Assembly (NCBI GenBank): GCA_963674705.1
Contig: OY771506.1
Span: 384,001-448,000, forward strand
Source: Phycisphaeraceae bacterium
Lineage (GTDB): Bacteria > Planctomycetota > Phycisphaerae > Phycisphaerales > Phycisphaeraceae
Length of the DNA: 64,000 nt
Reading direction: 5' to 3'
The position numbers and the translations under genes were made by a program. Positions 41,366 to 51,516 of the stretch are shown here, in pieces. Under the pieces are notes generated by a model, which did no database searches, was not told where the DNA came from, and saw only the letters and a program-made list of their open reading frames with translations. Numbering within the stretch: position 1 is the stretch's first letter; every line of letters starts with the position of its first letter.

Positions 41366-43231
41366 ATGGAAACCGTCCGATCAGTGACACGCAGCATCAA
41401 GACATGGGGCGTGTCTGCCACCGTGGTCGTCATGACCGCCCTAACACCCGCACTGGCCGCACCGCCGGATGCGCTGTCCAAGACCCCCCAGGGCGCTCAA
41501 TTTGTCATGATCGTCCCGAGCATGTCCGAATTCAGCGGCAAGATCGCGATGATCAACCAGAACCTGGGTATCGACAGCCCGGAACTCGGTGACGCCCTCA
41601 GTTCGTTCAAGGCTGAGATCGGCATCAAGCAGGGTCTTAATGACGCCGGCTCCGCGATGGTGATCATCCAGGACCTGGCGACCGCGATCGAGACCAACGA
41701 AGAGCCTGACATCCTGATCGTCCTGCCGGTCACGGATTACCAGGCGTTTGTCAGTAACTTCCAGGCAGAAGGCGCCGCCCCTGCCGGTGAAGGCACCACG
41801 GAGATCACCATGCCCGACGGCCAGAGCGGCTTCGTCATGGAATCCGGCGGCTATGCCATCATGGGCAATAATGCAGAGGCCCTCGCTAACTATGCCCCCA
41901 TCGGCAAGGTCGAAGCCTTGACCGGCCGGATTGGTGAACAGGGCAAGTCATACCTGGAAAAATGCGATGCCGCGGTTTACCTCGACGTCAAAGCCATGGC
42001 CCCGATGCTGGCCAGCAAACTGGAAGAACAAGTCGCTGAGATGAAGGATAACTTCCAGCAGATGGCTGAGATGGGTATGGCTGACGAAGCCAGCCTCAAG
42101 AGCATGGACGCAGCCAGTTCGATGTATGCTTCGGCAGGTAAAGCCATTCTCGAAGGCGCCGACGGCCTGGTGATGGCGCTGGATATTTCCGACCACGGCA
42201 TCGGCCTGACCTACGCCGGCCAGTTCCAGCCCGAATCCAAGGTCATGCAATATCTGCCCGGCAGCAACACGAGCGTCGCCTCGACACTTGCCCGTTTGCC
42301 GCAGGGTTCTTACATCGCGGCCATGGCGTTCAACGCTGAGGCGTTTGATGTGACCAAACTCGCCGATGCCGTCTTCGCCGCGTTCCCTGAAGACGATCCG
42401 CAGATGGCGGTCTACCGCAAGGCTCAGCCGCTGATGGGACAGATGCAGCAAGTCGCGTGCGTGTTCTACACACCGGACCCCGCCGCCATGATGAGCGGCA
42501 CCGGCATGGTCAACGTGCTCCAGACCGTCAAGGTCAAGGACCCCGACACCTACATGGCAAAAGCCAAGCAGTACATGAAGGAACTGAACGGCACAACCAT
42601 CCCGATGGCAATGCCCATGGCCCAGGGTGGTGAAGCTCCGAGCATGAAGTACATCACCAGCTACACCGACAACGCTTTACAGTTGGATGGTGTGCAGATC
42701 GACCAGTACTCCATGCAGATGCAGATGCCCCAAGAGATGATGATGCAGATGGGCCCTGCCGCCGGCATGATGCAGATGTTCAGCAACTTCACCGGGTATG
42801 CCACCATGTTCGACGGGCATTACATCGCCAGCACCACACTCGATCAGCAACTGATGGCTAAGGGTCTGGCCGCCGCCAAGAACGGCGACGGCATCGGTAG
42901 CGGTGACACCGTCGCCGACGTCCGCGAAAAGGCCGTCCCCGAAGGCGCGATCGGTGAGGGTTATCTCAGCATCAGCGGCCTGATCGACACCCTCGCTCCC
43001 ATGGCGATGATGTTCGGCATGCCGCCGGTCGAAGCCCCTGAAAATCTGCCCCCCATCGCCGCCGGCCTGGGCATGCAGGACAACAGCGTGGCGCTACGCT
43101 TGTACGTGCCCAATGACACGACCAAGTTCATCATCGACACAGCCAAAGATATCCAGTCACAGATGATGATGGGCCCGCAAGGCCCCGCCCAGCAGCAGCC
43201 GGGTCAGGGCGCGCCCCCGCCGCCGTTCTGA
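41366..43231 (+). CDS. Exported Met/Gln-rich hypothetical protein
   Basis: AAGGAG RBS and signal peptide ending ALA-A; long ORF with strong codon bias. Confidence 0.8.
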   Translation: METVRSVTRSIKTWGVSATVVVMTALTPALAAPPDALSKTPQGAQFVMIVPSMSEFSGKIAMINQNLGIDSPELGDALSSFKAEIGIKQGLNDAGSAMVIIQDLATAIETNEEPDILIVLPVTDYQAFVSNFQAEGAAPAGEGTTEITMPDGQSGFVMESGGYAIMGNNAEALANYAPIGKVEALTGRIGEQGKSYLEKCDAAVYLDVKAMAPMLASKLEEQVAEMKDNFQQMAEMGMADEASLKSMDAASSMYASAGKAILEGADGLVMALDISDHGIGLTYAGQFQPESKVMQYLPGSNTSVASTLARLPQGSYIAAMAFNAEAFDVTKLADAVFAAFPEDDPQMAVYRKAQPLMGQMQQVACVFYTPDPAAMMSGTGMVNVLQTVKVKDPDTYMAKAKQYMKELNGTTIPMAMPMAQGGEAPSMKYITSYTDNALQLDGVQIDQYSMQMQMPQEMMMQMGPAAGMMQMFSNFTGYATMFDGHYIASTTLDQQLMAKGLAAAKNGDGIGSGDTVADVREKAVPEGAIGEGYLSISGLIDTLAPMAMMFGMPPVEAPENLPPIAAGLGMQDNSVALRLYVPNDTTKFIIDTAKDIQSQMMMGPQGPAQQQPGQGAPPPPF

Positions 43232-43264
43232 TTCATACGCTCAACCCACTGATTAACCACACCC

Positions 43265-43300
43265 AACCGGGCCTGCTTAAAAAGCAGTGCCCGGTTTTTT
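43265..43300 (+). terminator. Intrinsic terminator
   Basis: AACCGGGC...GCCCGGTTTTTT. Confidence 0.8.
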
Positions 43301-43405
43301 AGTATAATTTAAGGTTCCATCCGGCTTGTTATCGGTCGATTGATGAAAGTCGATCCCCCCGCCTGATAATCCATTGTTGAGTACAAAAGGACCGATGTTG
43401 TAGCC

Positions 43406-44476
43406 ATGCCCGCCATGTCCAAGCCACAGAAACCTGTGTTCATTCTTGGCAATCCCCGATCCGGTACCTCCCTGCTGGGCCGGATGATCAATTGCCATCC
43501 CAATATCGCCGTGCCGTATGAGGCGCACATCTACAACACGTTCTGGCTGTTCAACCAACGCTATGAGCCGCTTTCTGATCCGGCCCGTCAACGCAGGTTG
43601 GCCTTGGACATGATGTCGCTGCGCGTCAATCGTTTCTGGGAAAATCCACCACGTATCGAGCATGTGCTCGAAGCCGTCGAACGCGAGAGCTTCCACGGTG
43701 TGTTCGAAGCGCTGATGACAAGCTGGCTGAAAAGCCGGAACAAACCACGCTGGGGTGAAAAGACCCCACAGAACGGTCCACACTGGCGCGCGATCAGCGA
43801 AGGTTTTCCCGACGCGCAATTCATCCACCTCGTACGTGACGGCCGTGACTGTGCGCTATCCTGGATCAACGCAAACTTCGGCCCGAAACTCACGTACCCC
43901 GCCGCCGTCAAGTGGGCCGCCTATGTTGATGACATGCAGGTGATGAAACAAACGCTTGGTCCGCAGCGTGTGATCGAGGTGCGTTACGAAGACCTCATCT
44001 CCGATATCGACACGACGCTGCACGCGATCTGCGAATTCCTTGGTGAGCCATACGACCCGGCCATGAAAGCGTTTTACAAAAGCGAAGACACCTACATGAC
44101 CGAACGTCGGAACAACGAAAAACTCAAACAGCCGGTCATGACATCGAACACGGACAAGTGGAAAAAGAAGATGAGCGAACGTAACCAGCGCATCTTCGAG
44201 GCGCTGGCGGGCAAGCAACTGCAGCGCTACGGCTACCCCCGGCTGTACCCGGACGCGACGGCCGGTGCATGGGACCGCCTGCGCGATACAAAACTGCTGC
44301 ATCCACCGCTGCGTGCCATGGCGATGATAAAAAACATCAAAGGCTGGGGTGACAGTTTCGCCGTCCAACGCGCCAAATGGCGATTAAAGCTGGCCCGTCA
44401 ATCCATTAATGGTTTACTCATATTGTCTGACAGCGCATTGTTACAACTGATCATACAGGAAGGGTATCTGACATAA
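43406..44476 (+). CDS. Sulfotransferase family protein
   Basis: GNPRSGTSLL, WGEKTP, VRDGRD and RYEDL motifs. Confidence 0.92.
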   Translation: MPAMSKPQKPVFILGNPRSGTSLLGRMINCHPNIAVPYEAHIYNTFWLFNQRYEPLSDPARQRRLALDMMSLRVNRFWENPPRIEHVLEAVERESFHGVFEALMTSWLKSRNKPRWGEKTPQNGPHWRAISEGFPDAQFIHLVRDGRDCALSWINANFGPKLTYPAAVKWAAYVDDMQVMKQTLGPQRVIEVRYEDLISDIDTTLHAICEFLGEPYDPAMKAFYKSEDTYMTERRNNEKLKQPVMTSNTDKWKKKMSERNQRIFEALAGKQLQRYGYPRLYPDATAGAWDRLRDTKLLHPPLRAMAMIKNIKGWGDSFAVQRAKWRLKLARQSINGLLILSDSALLQLIIQEGYLT

Positions 44477-44560
44477 TCAGGCGAAATTGAAAGAAGTACT
44501 GGATCGCTACGGGCCTGAATTTTATAATTATTGGGCTGTGTTGATGGATTCAGATTTACC

Positions 44561-45589
44561 ATGATCCAATCAGCCTCAAAAACAAGTCCCATTTTCCTGC
44601 TGGGCAACGCCCGGTCGGGTACGTCGTTACTGAGCAGGATGCTCAACAGCCATCCGCGTATCTGCGTCCCCTACGAAGCGCACGTTTACAACATCTTCTG
44701 GGATTACCGCGACCGATATGAACCGCTCAGCGATCCGGACCGCCAGCGCATGCTGATCAAGGATGTGTTATCGATGCGCGTTTACCGGGACTGGGCGCAA
44801 CCGCCGGAAGTCGATGATGTGATGGATCGGATCAAACGGCATAACTTCCATGGCATCTTCGAGGCGATCATGGACGCCTGGGCCCAGATACAGAACAAGC
44901 CCCGCTGGGGTGAGAAAACGCCGCACAACGGCAGCTACTGGCGCGCCATCAACGAGGGTTTCCCAAACGCCAAGTTTATCCACCTCGTGCGCGACGGTCG
45001 CGATTGCGCGTTATCCATCATCAACGCACGCTTCGGACCGAAACTCGTCTACCCCGCCGCCATCCGATGGATGAACTATCTCAATACCATGAACGAAATG
45101 CGGCAAACACTGCCGGCCGACCGCGTCTACGAGTTGCGCTATGAAGACCTGCTGGCCGATTCTGAAAAAGAATTACGGGCGCTGTGTGAATACCTCGGCG
45201 AAGAATATGCACCGTCCATGCTCGAGTATCACTCGCACAAAGACAACTACATGACCGACCAACGCAACCGCGCCAACCTCAAAAAGCCGGTCTTGACCAA
45301 CAACACACAGAAGTGGCGGCGCAGAATGTCCGCCTTCGATCAGGCAATCTTCGAAGCGGTCGCTCGCGAGCAACTCGAACGCTACGACTACCCCACGCTG
45401 TATCCCGATGCGTGTATCAGCCACTGGCAGCACATCAAATACAAGTACGTGTTGCACCCGCCACTGCGTGCTATGGCGATGATGAAAAACACCAAGGGAT
45501 GGGGCGACGGTCTCATCCGCATGCGCGTGAAGTTACGCCTTATGCTCACGCCGCACCACAATCACAAGCCGGCCGAACAACCCGTCTGA
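44561..45589 (+). CDS. Sulfotransferase family protein (tandem paralog)
   Basis: GNARSGTSLL, WGEKTP, VRDGRD and RYEDL motifs. Confidence 0.92.
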   Translation: MIQSASKTSPIFLLGNARSGTSLLSRMLNSHPRICVPYEAHVYNIFWDYRDRYEPLSDPDRQRMLIKDVLSMRVYRDWAQPPEVDDVMDRIKRHNFHGIFEAIMDAWAQIQNKPRWGEKTPHNGSYWRAINEGFPNAKFIHLVRDGRDCALSIINARFGPKLVYPAAIRWMNYLNTMNEMRQTLPADRVYELRYEDLLADSEKELRALCEYLGEEYAPSMLEYHSHKDNYMTDQRNRANLKKPVLTNNTQKWRRRMSAFDQAIFEAVAREQLERYDYPTLYPDACISHWQHIKYKYVLHPPLRAMAMMKNTKGWGDGLIRMRVKLRLMLTPHHNHKPAEQPV

Positions 45590-45636
45590 TCGGTGATCTG
45601 ACCTTCAATCTGCTATCCGTGAAAACAAGCCGTCGC

Positions 45637-46170
45637 TCAGGCAGCGATGTCCTGTCTCAGACATTGGGCCGCAAAGTCCAGCACATCGAGCGTGGCATAT
45701 GGCACGTCGTAATCACCTTCCATCAGGTCATCGTGACGTGCCCAGACCACGTCTCTGCCCTCGGGCGAAGGCTGAACAGACTCCGCTTCAGCAAGATACG
45801 CCATTGTGAGTTTTGAAATGCCGCGGGCATTGAAGTGCTCGAAGCGAACCAGAGGCCCAAGGATCCGGACCGCCGCGCCCGCCTCTTCCAGGCACTCACG
45901 CTTGGCCGCCTTGGCAAGTGTCTCGCCGTAGTCGACGTGCCCGCCCGGTAGCACGAACTGGTCCGGGTCACTCTTACGCGAAACCAGCAGGAACTCGACC
46001 CGACCCTTGCGCATCCGGAACACAACCACAGCCGCTCGCTCGCAACGATGTGCCAGCTTGCTGCGACTAACCGTGTTCGTAGGCAAACGTCTCAACCTGC
46101 GCCTCCGAGAGGTCCTGTCTTTCCCCCGACCGTGTGGCCGCTTCACAACTCGCTTTGGGTATGTACTCAC
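45637..46170 (-). CDS. NUDIX hydrolase
   Basis: PGGHVDYGETLAKAAKRECLEEAG Nudix box. Confidence 0.88.
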   Translation of the reverse strand: MSTYPKRVVKRPHGRGKDRTSRRRRLRRLPTNTVSRSKLAHRCERAAVVVFRMRKGRVEFLLVSRKSDPDQFVLPGGHVDYGETLAKAAKRECLEEAGAAVRILGPLVRFEHFNARGISKLTMAYLAEAESVQPSPEGRDVVWARHDDLMEGDYDVPYATLDVLDFAAQCLRQDIAA

Positions 46171-46430
46171 ACGCCAGCCATCGGTTCAGTAACTACACGG
46201 GTTAACTTTCACACGTGCTAGAAACCCGCTAAAAGTGCTTATCGGACGCGGTATCGCTAAATCTTGAGCTGTAACTCGAGATTAACACTACCTTAACTCC
46301 TCGCCCCACCTGTCAGACATGAGCCCGAACGGTCTTCTGTTGAACATGAGAGGTGTTGATCCACCCTATTCAGACAACAAGCCTGCCCGTACGTCAGACT
46401 ATATAGATACCCGGATTCAAGGAGCCGTCC

Positions 46431-47015
46431 ATGCCTTTGCGACAAATCTTACTGGCAGTGATGCTGTTGATCCTGTCTGCTGCAACATTGGCCTACGCAC
46501 TCGGGGCAGATCACACGGGACCCGTCGGCGGAACAAATCACTGGCCCCAAGGCCTGAAGGATCTTGCCAACCGGCCTAATCGTGTGCATGGTTACTTTGT
46601 CAATAGTCAGGACGTCTTCTTCTACACCGGCAATACCGATGCCTTAAACGACTTCCTGAAAAAATACGCCGCCCTTAAGAACACCAGCTTGCTTGTCGTA
46701 CTGCATCCGGGTCGCAAGCCTGTGTCTTCTCCCTGGGACAAAACACCCAGAGGCTTGTTTGCAGACTGGACACTGCATACCGGCAATGAATTTGAACTGA
46801 ATGAGCAAGGAAAGTTACAGGTGACGCCGTTTGAGACGTGCGTGGAGGTCTGGCTGGGCGGCGATGTAAAACTGGAAGAACTCGATGTGCCTGCCGTGCT
46901 CCCGGTCAAGTCAGGGGGAGAGATCGAAGCCTTCATCATGGCGCACGAGAAGTGGCGTGGTAGCAGCCAGGAGAAAGTCAAGCCATTGAATGCTGACCAA
47001 CCGCCAGCCGAATAA
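46431..47015 (+). CDS. Exported hypothetical protein
   Basis: AAGGAG RBS and signal peptide. Confidence 0.7.
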   Translation: MPLRQILLAVMLLILSAATLAYALGADHTGPVGGTNHWPQGLKDLANRPNRVHGYFVNSQDVFFYTGNTDALNDFLKKYAALKNTSLLVVLHPGRKPVSSPWDKTPRGLFADWTLHTGNEFELNEQGKLQVTPFETCVEVWLGGDVKLEELDVPAVLPVKSGGEIEAFIMAHEKWRGSSQEKVKPLNADQPPAE

Positions 47016-47049
47016 CCATCAGCCCGGTTCGCCGCTATAGTGGCGGGCG

Positions 47050-48051
47050 ATGTTCGTCTACGCAGGCATCGACGAAGCCGGCTACGGCCCACTGCTGGGG
47101 CCCCTGGTCATCGGCCGCTCCATCCTGACCATCCCCAAACTCGACCACGACGCCCCCACCCCCGACCTGTGGCTGCGCCTTGGTAAAGCCGTCTGCAAAC
47201 GGCTCTCCGACAAGGCGGGCCGGATCGCCATCAACGATTCCAAGAAACTCACCACCAAAGCCGCCGGCATCAAACATCTTGAACTCGGCTGCCTCGCGTT
47301 TGCCGGCCTGGCCCAGTCACAAGATCAACCGCTCCAATCCCTGAGCGACTGGCTTAACCACATCGGCGTCAACACACATCACTCGCCCGACCTGCTGCCA
47401 TGGTACGCCGCGACAGATGACTACCCCTGGCAGACGCTACCGACTGCGCAAACCGCAGGTGAAGTCGCCGTCGCGACAGGCATGCTGCGAAACTGCACGC
47501 AGCGCATCGGCATCGAATTCGCGGGCTTCGGCGCCGCTGTCGTATTTGAAGATCGCTTCAACCAGATGGTCGCCGCGACACATTCCAAGGCCTCCGTCAG
47601 CTTCACCTTCGTCGCCGGACACATCCTCCACGTCTGGCAACACTACGCGCAGCACCACCCAACCATCATCATCGACCGCCAAGGCGGCCGAACGCATTAC
47701 CGCGAACAACTCGCGCAGAGCTTCCCCGATACACAAGTCGATGTTGTTGAAGAAAACAACACCTGCTCCCGTTACCTCATGTACGACCTGCACGATAAAC
47801 AACGTGCCATGAACATCAGCTTCATGGTCGAGGCTGAGCAGCAACACATGCCCGTCGCCCTTGCATCCATGGCAAGCAAATACACCCGTGAAATGTTCAT
47901 GGCCCGCCTCAACCATTACTTCATCGAGCGCCTCCCCGACCTCAAGCCCACCGCAGGCTACGCCAAGGACGGCAAACGCTTCCTGGAGGACCTCGCCCCC
48001 CACCTGCCCGAACTAAACCTCACCGAATCTCAGCTCCGCCGCTGTTCATAA
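47050..48051 (+). CDS. Divergent RNase HII-family protein
   Basis: GIDEAGYGP, DSKKL and VALASMASK motifs. Confidence 0.75.
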   Translation: MFVYAGIDEAGYGPLLGPLVIGRSILTIPKLDHDAPTPDLWLRLGKAVCKRLSDKAGRIAINDSKKLTTKAAGIKHLELGCLAFAGLAQSQDQPLQSLSDWLNHIGVNTHHSPDLLPWYAATDDYPWQTLPTAQTAGEVAVATGMLRNCTQRIGIEFAGFGAAVVFEDRFNQMVAATHSKASVSFTFVAGHILHVWQHYAQHHPTIIIDRQGGRTHYREQLAQSFPDTQVDVVEENNTCSRYLMYDLHDKQRAMNISFMVEAEQQHMPVALASMASKYTREMFMARLNHYFIERLPDLKPTAGYAKDGKRFLEDLAPHLPELNLTESQLRRCS

Positions 48052-48135
48052 TCCTACTCTGTCCAGTCTTTCCTGGCCGCGTTGCGACGCAATGCGGGCG
48101 GTCACCTGATACGATGGTTAGATAACGAATTGACT

Positions 48136-49449
48136 TCAGTGGTCAATTGGGCCAGTAACTGCCTTAAGCAGCACGCCGGTGCCGCCGGCGATGTTGAGCG
48201 TTGCTTGCTGATCCTGCATCGGCAGATCGCCGGTTTCGCCATCGAGCCAACTCAACACGTCAACACGTACGACGTTGTCAGCGAAGTACAGCGTCACTTC
48301 GTCGGTCAATTCGGCAGCGGTCTTGTCCATGCCGTGGCGTTTGTTCACGACCATGGCGTACTGCGCACCCTCCGGGTCTTCGAAGAAGCCGATCAGAACA
48401 TTGCGGGCCTTCAGCTCGGTGATCCAGTAGGTGTCGGGTGTGAAGGGTTTACCGGCATCGGGTGGCTTGTTGTGTACGACCGCGGTGCTGCGCAACTTCA
48501 GCAACGTGTCTCCCACTTTCAGCACCGCATGGTTGATGTCCTTGACGACATCGTATAACTCCGTCGGCGAACCGTCGGCCGGGTCGACGATGGCGACTTT
48601 ATCCCATCGATCCCAGTCGGTGGGCCCCCAATAGGTGAAGTACCAGAGCCCCTTGGCGCCGTAGGCGAGGTTGGTGAATTGCTTGTAGCGCACGTCGCTC
48701 TCACTCGGCCGACGGTAGTGAGCGTGCTTGATCGTTAGCGCGAACGCCCAGAAAGGCACATCATGTTCGAGGCTCTTTCGGCGAAATAATTCGAGATTGG
48801 CGAAGTGCTCATTCTGCTTCGTGGCGCCGTCGGCCAGCATGATGTAGTTGTCGTAGCTGAGGATCGGTAGACCATTACGCACAGCAACATCGATAACCGC
48901 TTCGGTATCGGGCTGGCCTTGCGCGAAAGGTGGGAGCATGTTGAAGAGCGTCCAGCATGCCGGGTCCTGGCGCATCAGTTCATTAACGGCGCGGATGGAT
49001 TGCATGACCGCGGCCGGACCCTGCGGTTCGTCATTGGTGATCCAGCCCACGGGTTCGATACCGTGTTTGGAGTAGTCGACTTCGCGGTGTTTGAGGATGA
49101 AACCCTGCGCCTGCCGGAAGGGCATCACGTCGAGCCCGGTTTCTTTTGCAAAGCGCATGGCCCGGTTGAAGCCGGTGTCTGGGTTGGCGGCGTAGAGAGT
49201 GAAGCCGGCATCCTTATATCGCTGAAAATCCTCGAGCGTCGCGGTCCCGGGCGGGCCCCACCATGCGATGAGGGGAAACCGCGTGAAGCGCCAGGGCTCA
49301 CGTGGGACAGGCGGGAGTTGCAGAGTCGTGAAGTCGGCCATCGCATCACTCGCCTGGGCCTGGTCGGCTCGAACGGCATTCGTGATACCGGCTAAGCACA
49401 TTACCCATGACACCAGCATCAGACACACAGGATATATGTTCGTTTTCAT
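48136..49449 (-). CDS. Exported glycoside hydrolase-like protein
   Basis: Signal peptide; NDEP, SYDNY and AYGAKGLWYFTYW TIM-barrel-like motifs. Confidence 0.65.
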   Translation of the reverse strand: MKTNIYPVCLMLVSWVMCLAGITNAVRADQAQASDAMADFTTLQLPPVPREPWRFTRFPLIAWWGPPGTATLEDFQRYKDAGFTLYAANPDTGFNRAMRFAKETGLDVMPFRQAQGFILKHREVDYSKHGIEPVGWITNDEPQGPAAVMQSIRAVNELMRQDPACWTLFNMLPPFAQGQPDTEAVIDVAVRNGLPILSYDNYIMLADGATKQNEHFANLELFRRKSLEHDVPFWAFALTIKHAHYRRPSESDVRYKQFTNLAYGAKGLWYFTYWGPTDWDRWDKVAIVDPADGSPTELYDVVKDINHAVLKVGDTLLKLRSTAVVHNKPPDAGKPFTPDTYWITELKARNVLIGFFEDPEGAQYAMVVNKRHGMDKTAAELTDEVTLYFADNVVRVDVLSWLDGETGDLPMQDQQATLNIAGGTGVLLKAVTGPIDH

Positions 49450-49693
49450 CGCTATATTTTATAACATCAGAATGACATCCCCGTGTCGGTCAGTTGTAGA
49501 TCCTGACCTGCTGTCGGACCACCGGATTGAGAGCCGAACGCCTTACCTACCAATCACACCAACCAACACTCAACGACCATCCCTCTTTCGTCGCCGAGTT
49601 ACGACGCAACACAGGCACACGCCCTGCCCCCAATCCTTGCCCCTTGACGCCCGGCTGAATCTACTTATCCTTAACGATTCGCCCGGCCCAGAT

Positions 49694-49766
49694 GCCCCCA
49701 TCGTCTAGTGGCCCAGGACGCCAGGTTCTCATCCTGGAAACAGGGGTTCGACTCCCCTTGGGGGTA
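49694..49766 (+). tRNA. tRNA-Glu, anticodon CTC; CCA not encoded
   Basis: Acceptor GCCCCCA/TGGGGGT, anticodon arm CCAGG-TTCTCAT-CCTGG, T arm AGGGG-TTCGACT-CCCCT; upstream TTGACG-16-TATCCT. Confidence 0.96.
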
Positions 49767-49988
49767 CTTTCCCTTCAGACCTGTGATGCGACGGCTCCGA
49801 CCATGCTCGATCGGTCTTGACTGTCAGCCCGTGCGTCCGTTTTCGTGATGGTTGGGACGTCGGCGTGAAGACGCGATGGTTGTCGAGCTTGCCATGAATA
49901 TGTCAACTCCGTCAGGATCTGGCGCCCCGATCTATGTGAAATTTTCGTATCATCTGTCATGTCACGAAACTGACATAAGGGGGCTTCT

Positions 49989-51470
49989 ATGTTTTTCCGG
50001 CTGACGCTTGCAGTGTTTGTTGCTTCGGCTATTTTGGGTTTGTCTGCGGCATCTGCCCAGCAAGCCTCAGGCAACACGGGCAGCCTATCCTTCCGTGAAG
50101 TACTCACCGGGGAGCCTTACAGTCAACGATTCCAACAGGCGTTGGATAGCTTGCCGAGCGTGCAAGCGTTGGAAGCTTCAAAGATGCCGGTTTCCGGCGC
50201 TCATATCACCGGGTTCAACCCCGGACATCAGGCGGAAGGCCTGAACATACAGATCGACGACGTGATTGTTTCGATCGACGGCCATCTTTGCTGGGCGAGT
50301 TGGGTCAACTGGCAGAGGAGCAATCAACCTCAATCGTTGCGGATAGTGACAAAAGACGGCAAAGAACGGGTCATGCAGATCGCACCGGGGATGATCGGCG
50401 TACAGCACATCAATTACCGCCGACCCGAACTGGCGTACATCCGTCGGCCCGATCGAAACGTAGACATGGATGAACTCGTACTCGTGGGCCTGATGATGCG
50501 CAGCGCAGACCCCGACCTGGCGGAAACCGCGTGGTATCACGCCATCCAGACGGGCTATGTCCCCGATGATCTATCCGATGCTTGTCTGGCAATCATCGCC
50601 AATCAGCAGGGCCGATTCGATGTTGCGGTCGAAGCCGCCCTGCACGTTCCCGCTATCGATGCGGAACACCCCTACCGACTTTATCCCGACGAGATCATCA
50701 AGATCGCCCTGCCGCTTGGACGGTTCGACTTGCTGCTCGACATGGACCCACGAATGCGCGAGCAAGTCGGTATCGATAGCCGGCGGTTTGAAGCCTTGGT
50801 GAACGTGCTGAAGAACAACACCGCCTCGCCGCCCTCACCGATCGCATCTGCCGAAAAGATGAACAAGATCGACCAGATGGACTCGGCATTCGTGATAGAT
50901 GATCTTGCGTTGAATACCGGCCGTGACGACCACGGCCTACTCGCTGAGGGCTCTACCGAGATAAACATGCCGCAAGGCGAATACACCAGCTGCTACCTCG
51001 GATTTAGAAAACCCAGCAAAAATATCGACCTGACCATCCGGTTCTCGATGACCGCTCAGCCTCAACAAACGAAGTTATCCAACATATTTGAAGTCAAACT
51101 TCTGGATCGAGATTATCGAAGACGCCACGGGATCAACATGGACAAGATGTCGGCGCTACAACTAAGACGCCGCTCAACCAACATGGGTTTTGATGTCGCA
51201 TGTGATGAGAAGGGACTGACGCAGTACTGTGTTTATTTTGGAAACAAATCTACAGGACATTGGTACGAAAAACCAGACATCGATCTCGCACAACCCGTCG
51301 ACTTTGAAGTACGTATCACCAAACTGGATGACTTTGCTGAGCTGCAGGTCAACGGCAAAACCATCGCGCTGACCCCCGTGCTCGAACCCACCGAACAACA
51401 CGGCCTGATCTTCTGGATCGTTGGCTCACATGTTCAGATCCACGAGCTGAAGGTTTATGGGCTTGAGTAA
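49989..51470 (+). CDS. Exported protein with PDZ-like N-terminal domain
   Basis: Signal peptide; AEGLNIQIDDVIVSIDG PDZ-like motif; helical middle; beta-rich C-terminus. Confidence 0.7.
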   Translation: MFFRLTLAVFVASAILGLSAASAQQASGNTGSLSFREVLTGEPYSQRFQQALDSLPSVQALEASKMPVSGAHITGFNPGHQAEGLNIQIDDVIVSIDGHLCWASWVNWQRSNQPQSLRIVTKDGKERVMQIAPGMIGVQHINYRRPELAYIRRPDRNVDMDELVLVGLMMRSADPDLAETAWYHAIQTGYVPDDLSDACLAIIANQQGRFDVAVEAALHVPAIDAEHPYRLYPDEIIKIALPLGRFDLLLDMDPRMREQVGIDSRRFEALVNVLKNNTASPPSPIASAEKMNKIDQMDSAFVIDDLALNTGRDDHGLLAEGSTEINMPQGEYTSCYLGFRKPSKNIDLTIRFSMTAQPQQTKLSNIFEVKLLDRDYRRRHGINMDKMSALQLRRRSTNMGFDVACDEKGLTQYCVYFGNKSTGHWYEKPDIDLAQPVDFEVRITKLDDFAELQVNGKTIALTPVLEPTEQHGLIFWIVGSHVQIHELKVYGLE

Positions 51471-51516
51471 ATGATTAACCAACCTGGCCGCAGTTCAATC
51501 ACACCTGTCGGCTGAT

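Noticed and set aside
49968..49995. dif-like 28-mer (minus strand AAAACATAGAA-GCCCCC-TTATGTCAGTT)
   Set aside because: Overlaps the RBS and start codon of the 49989 gene and has a poor left arm; probably chance.
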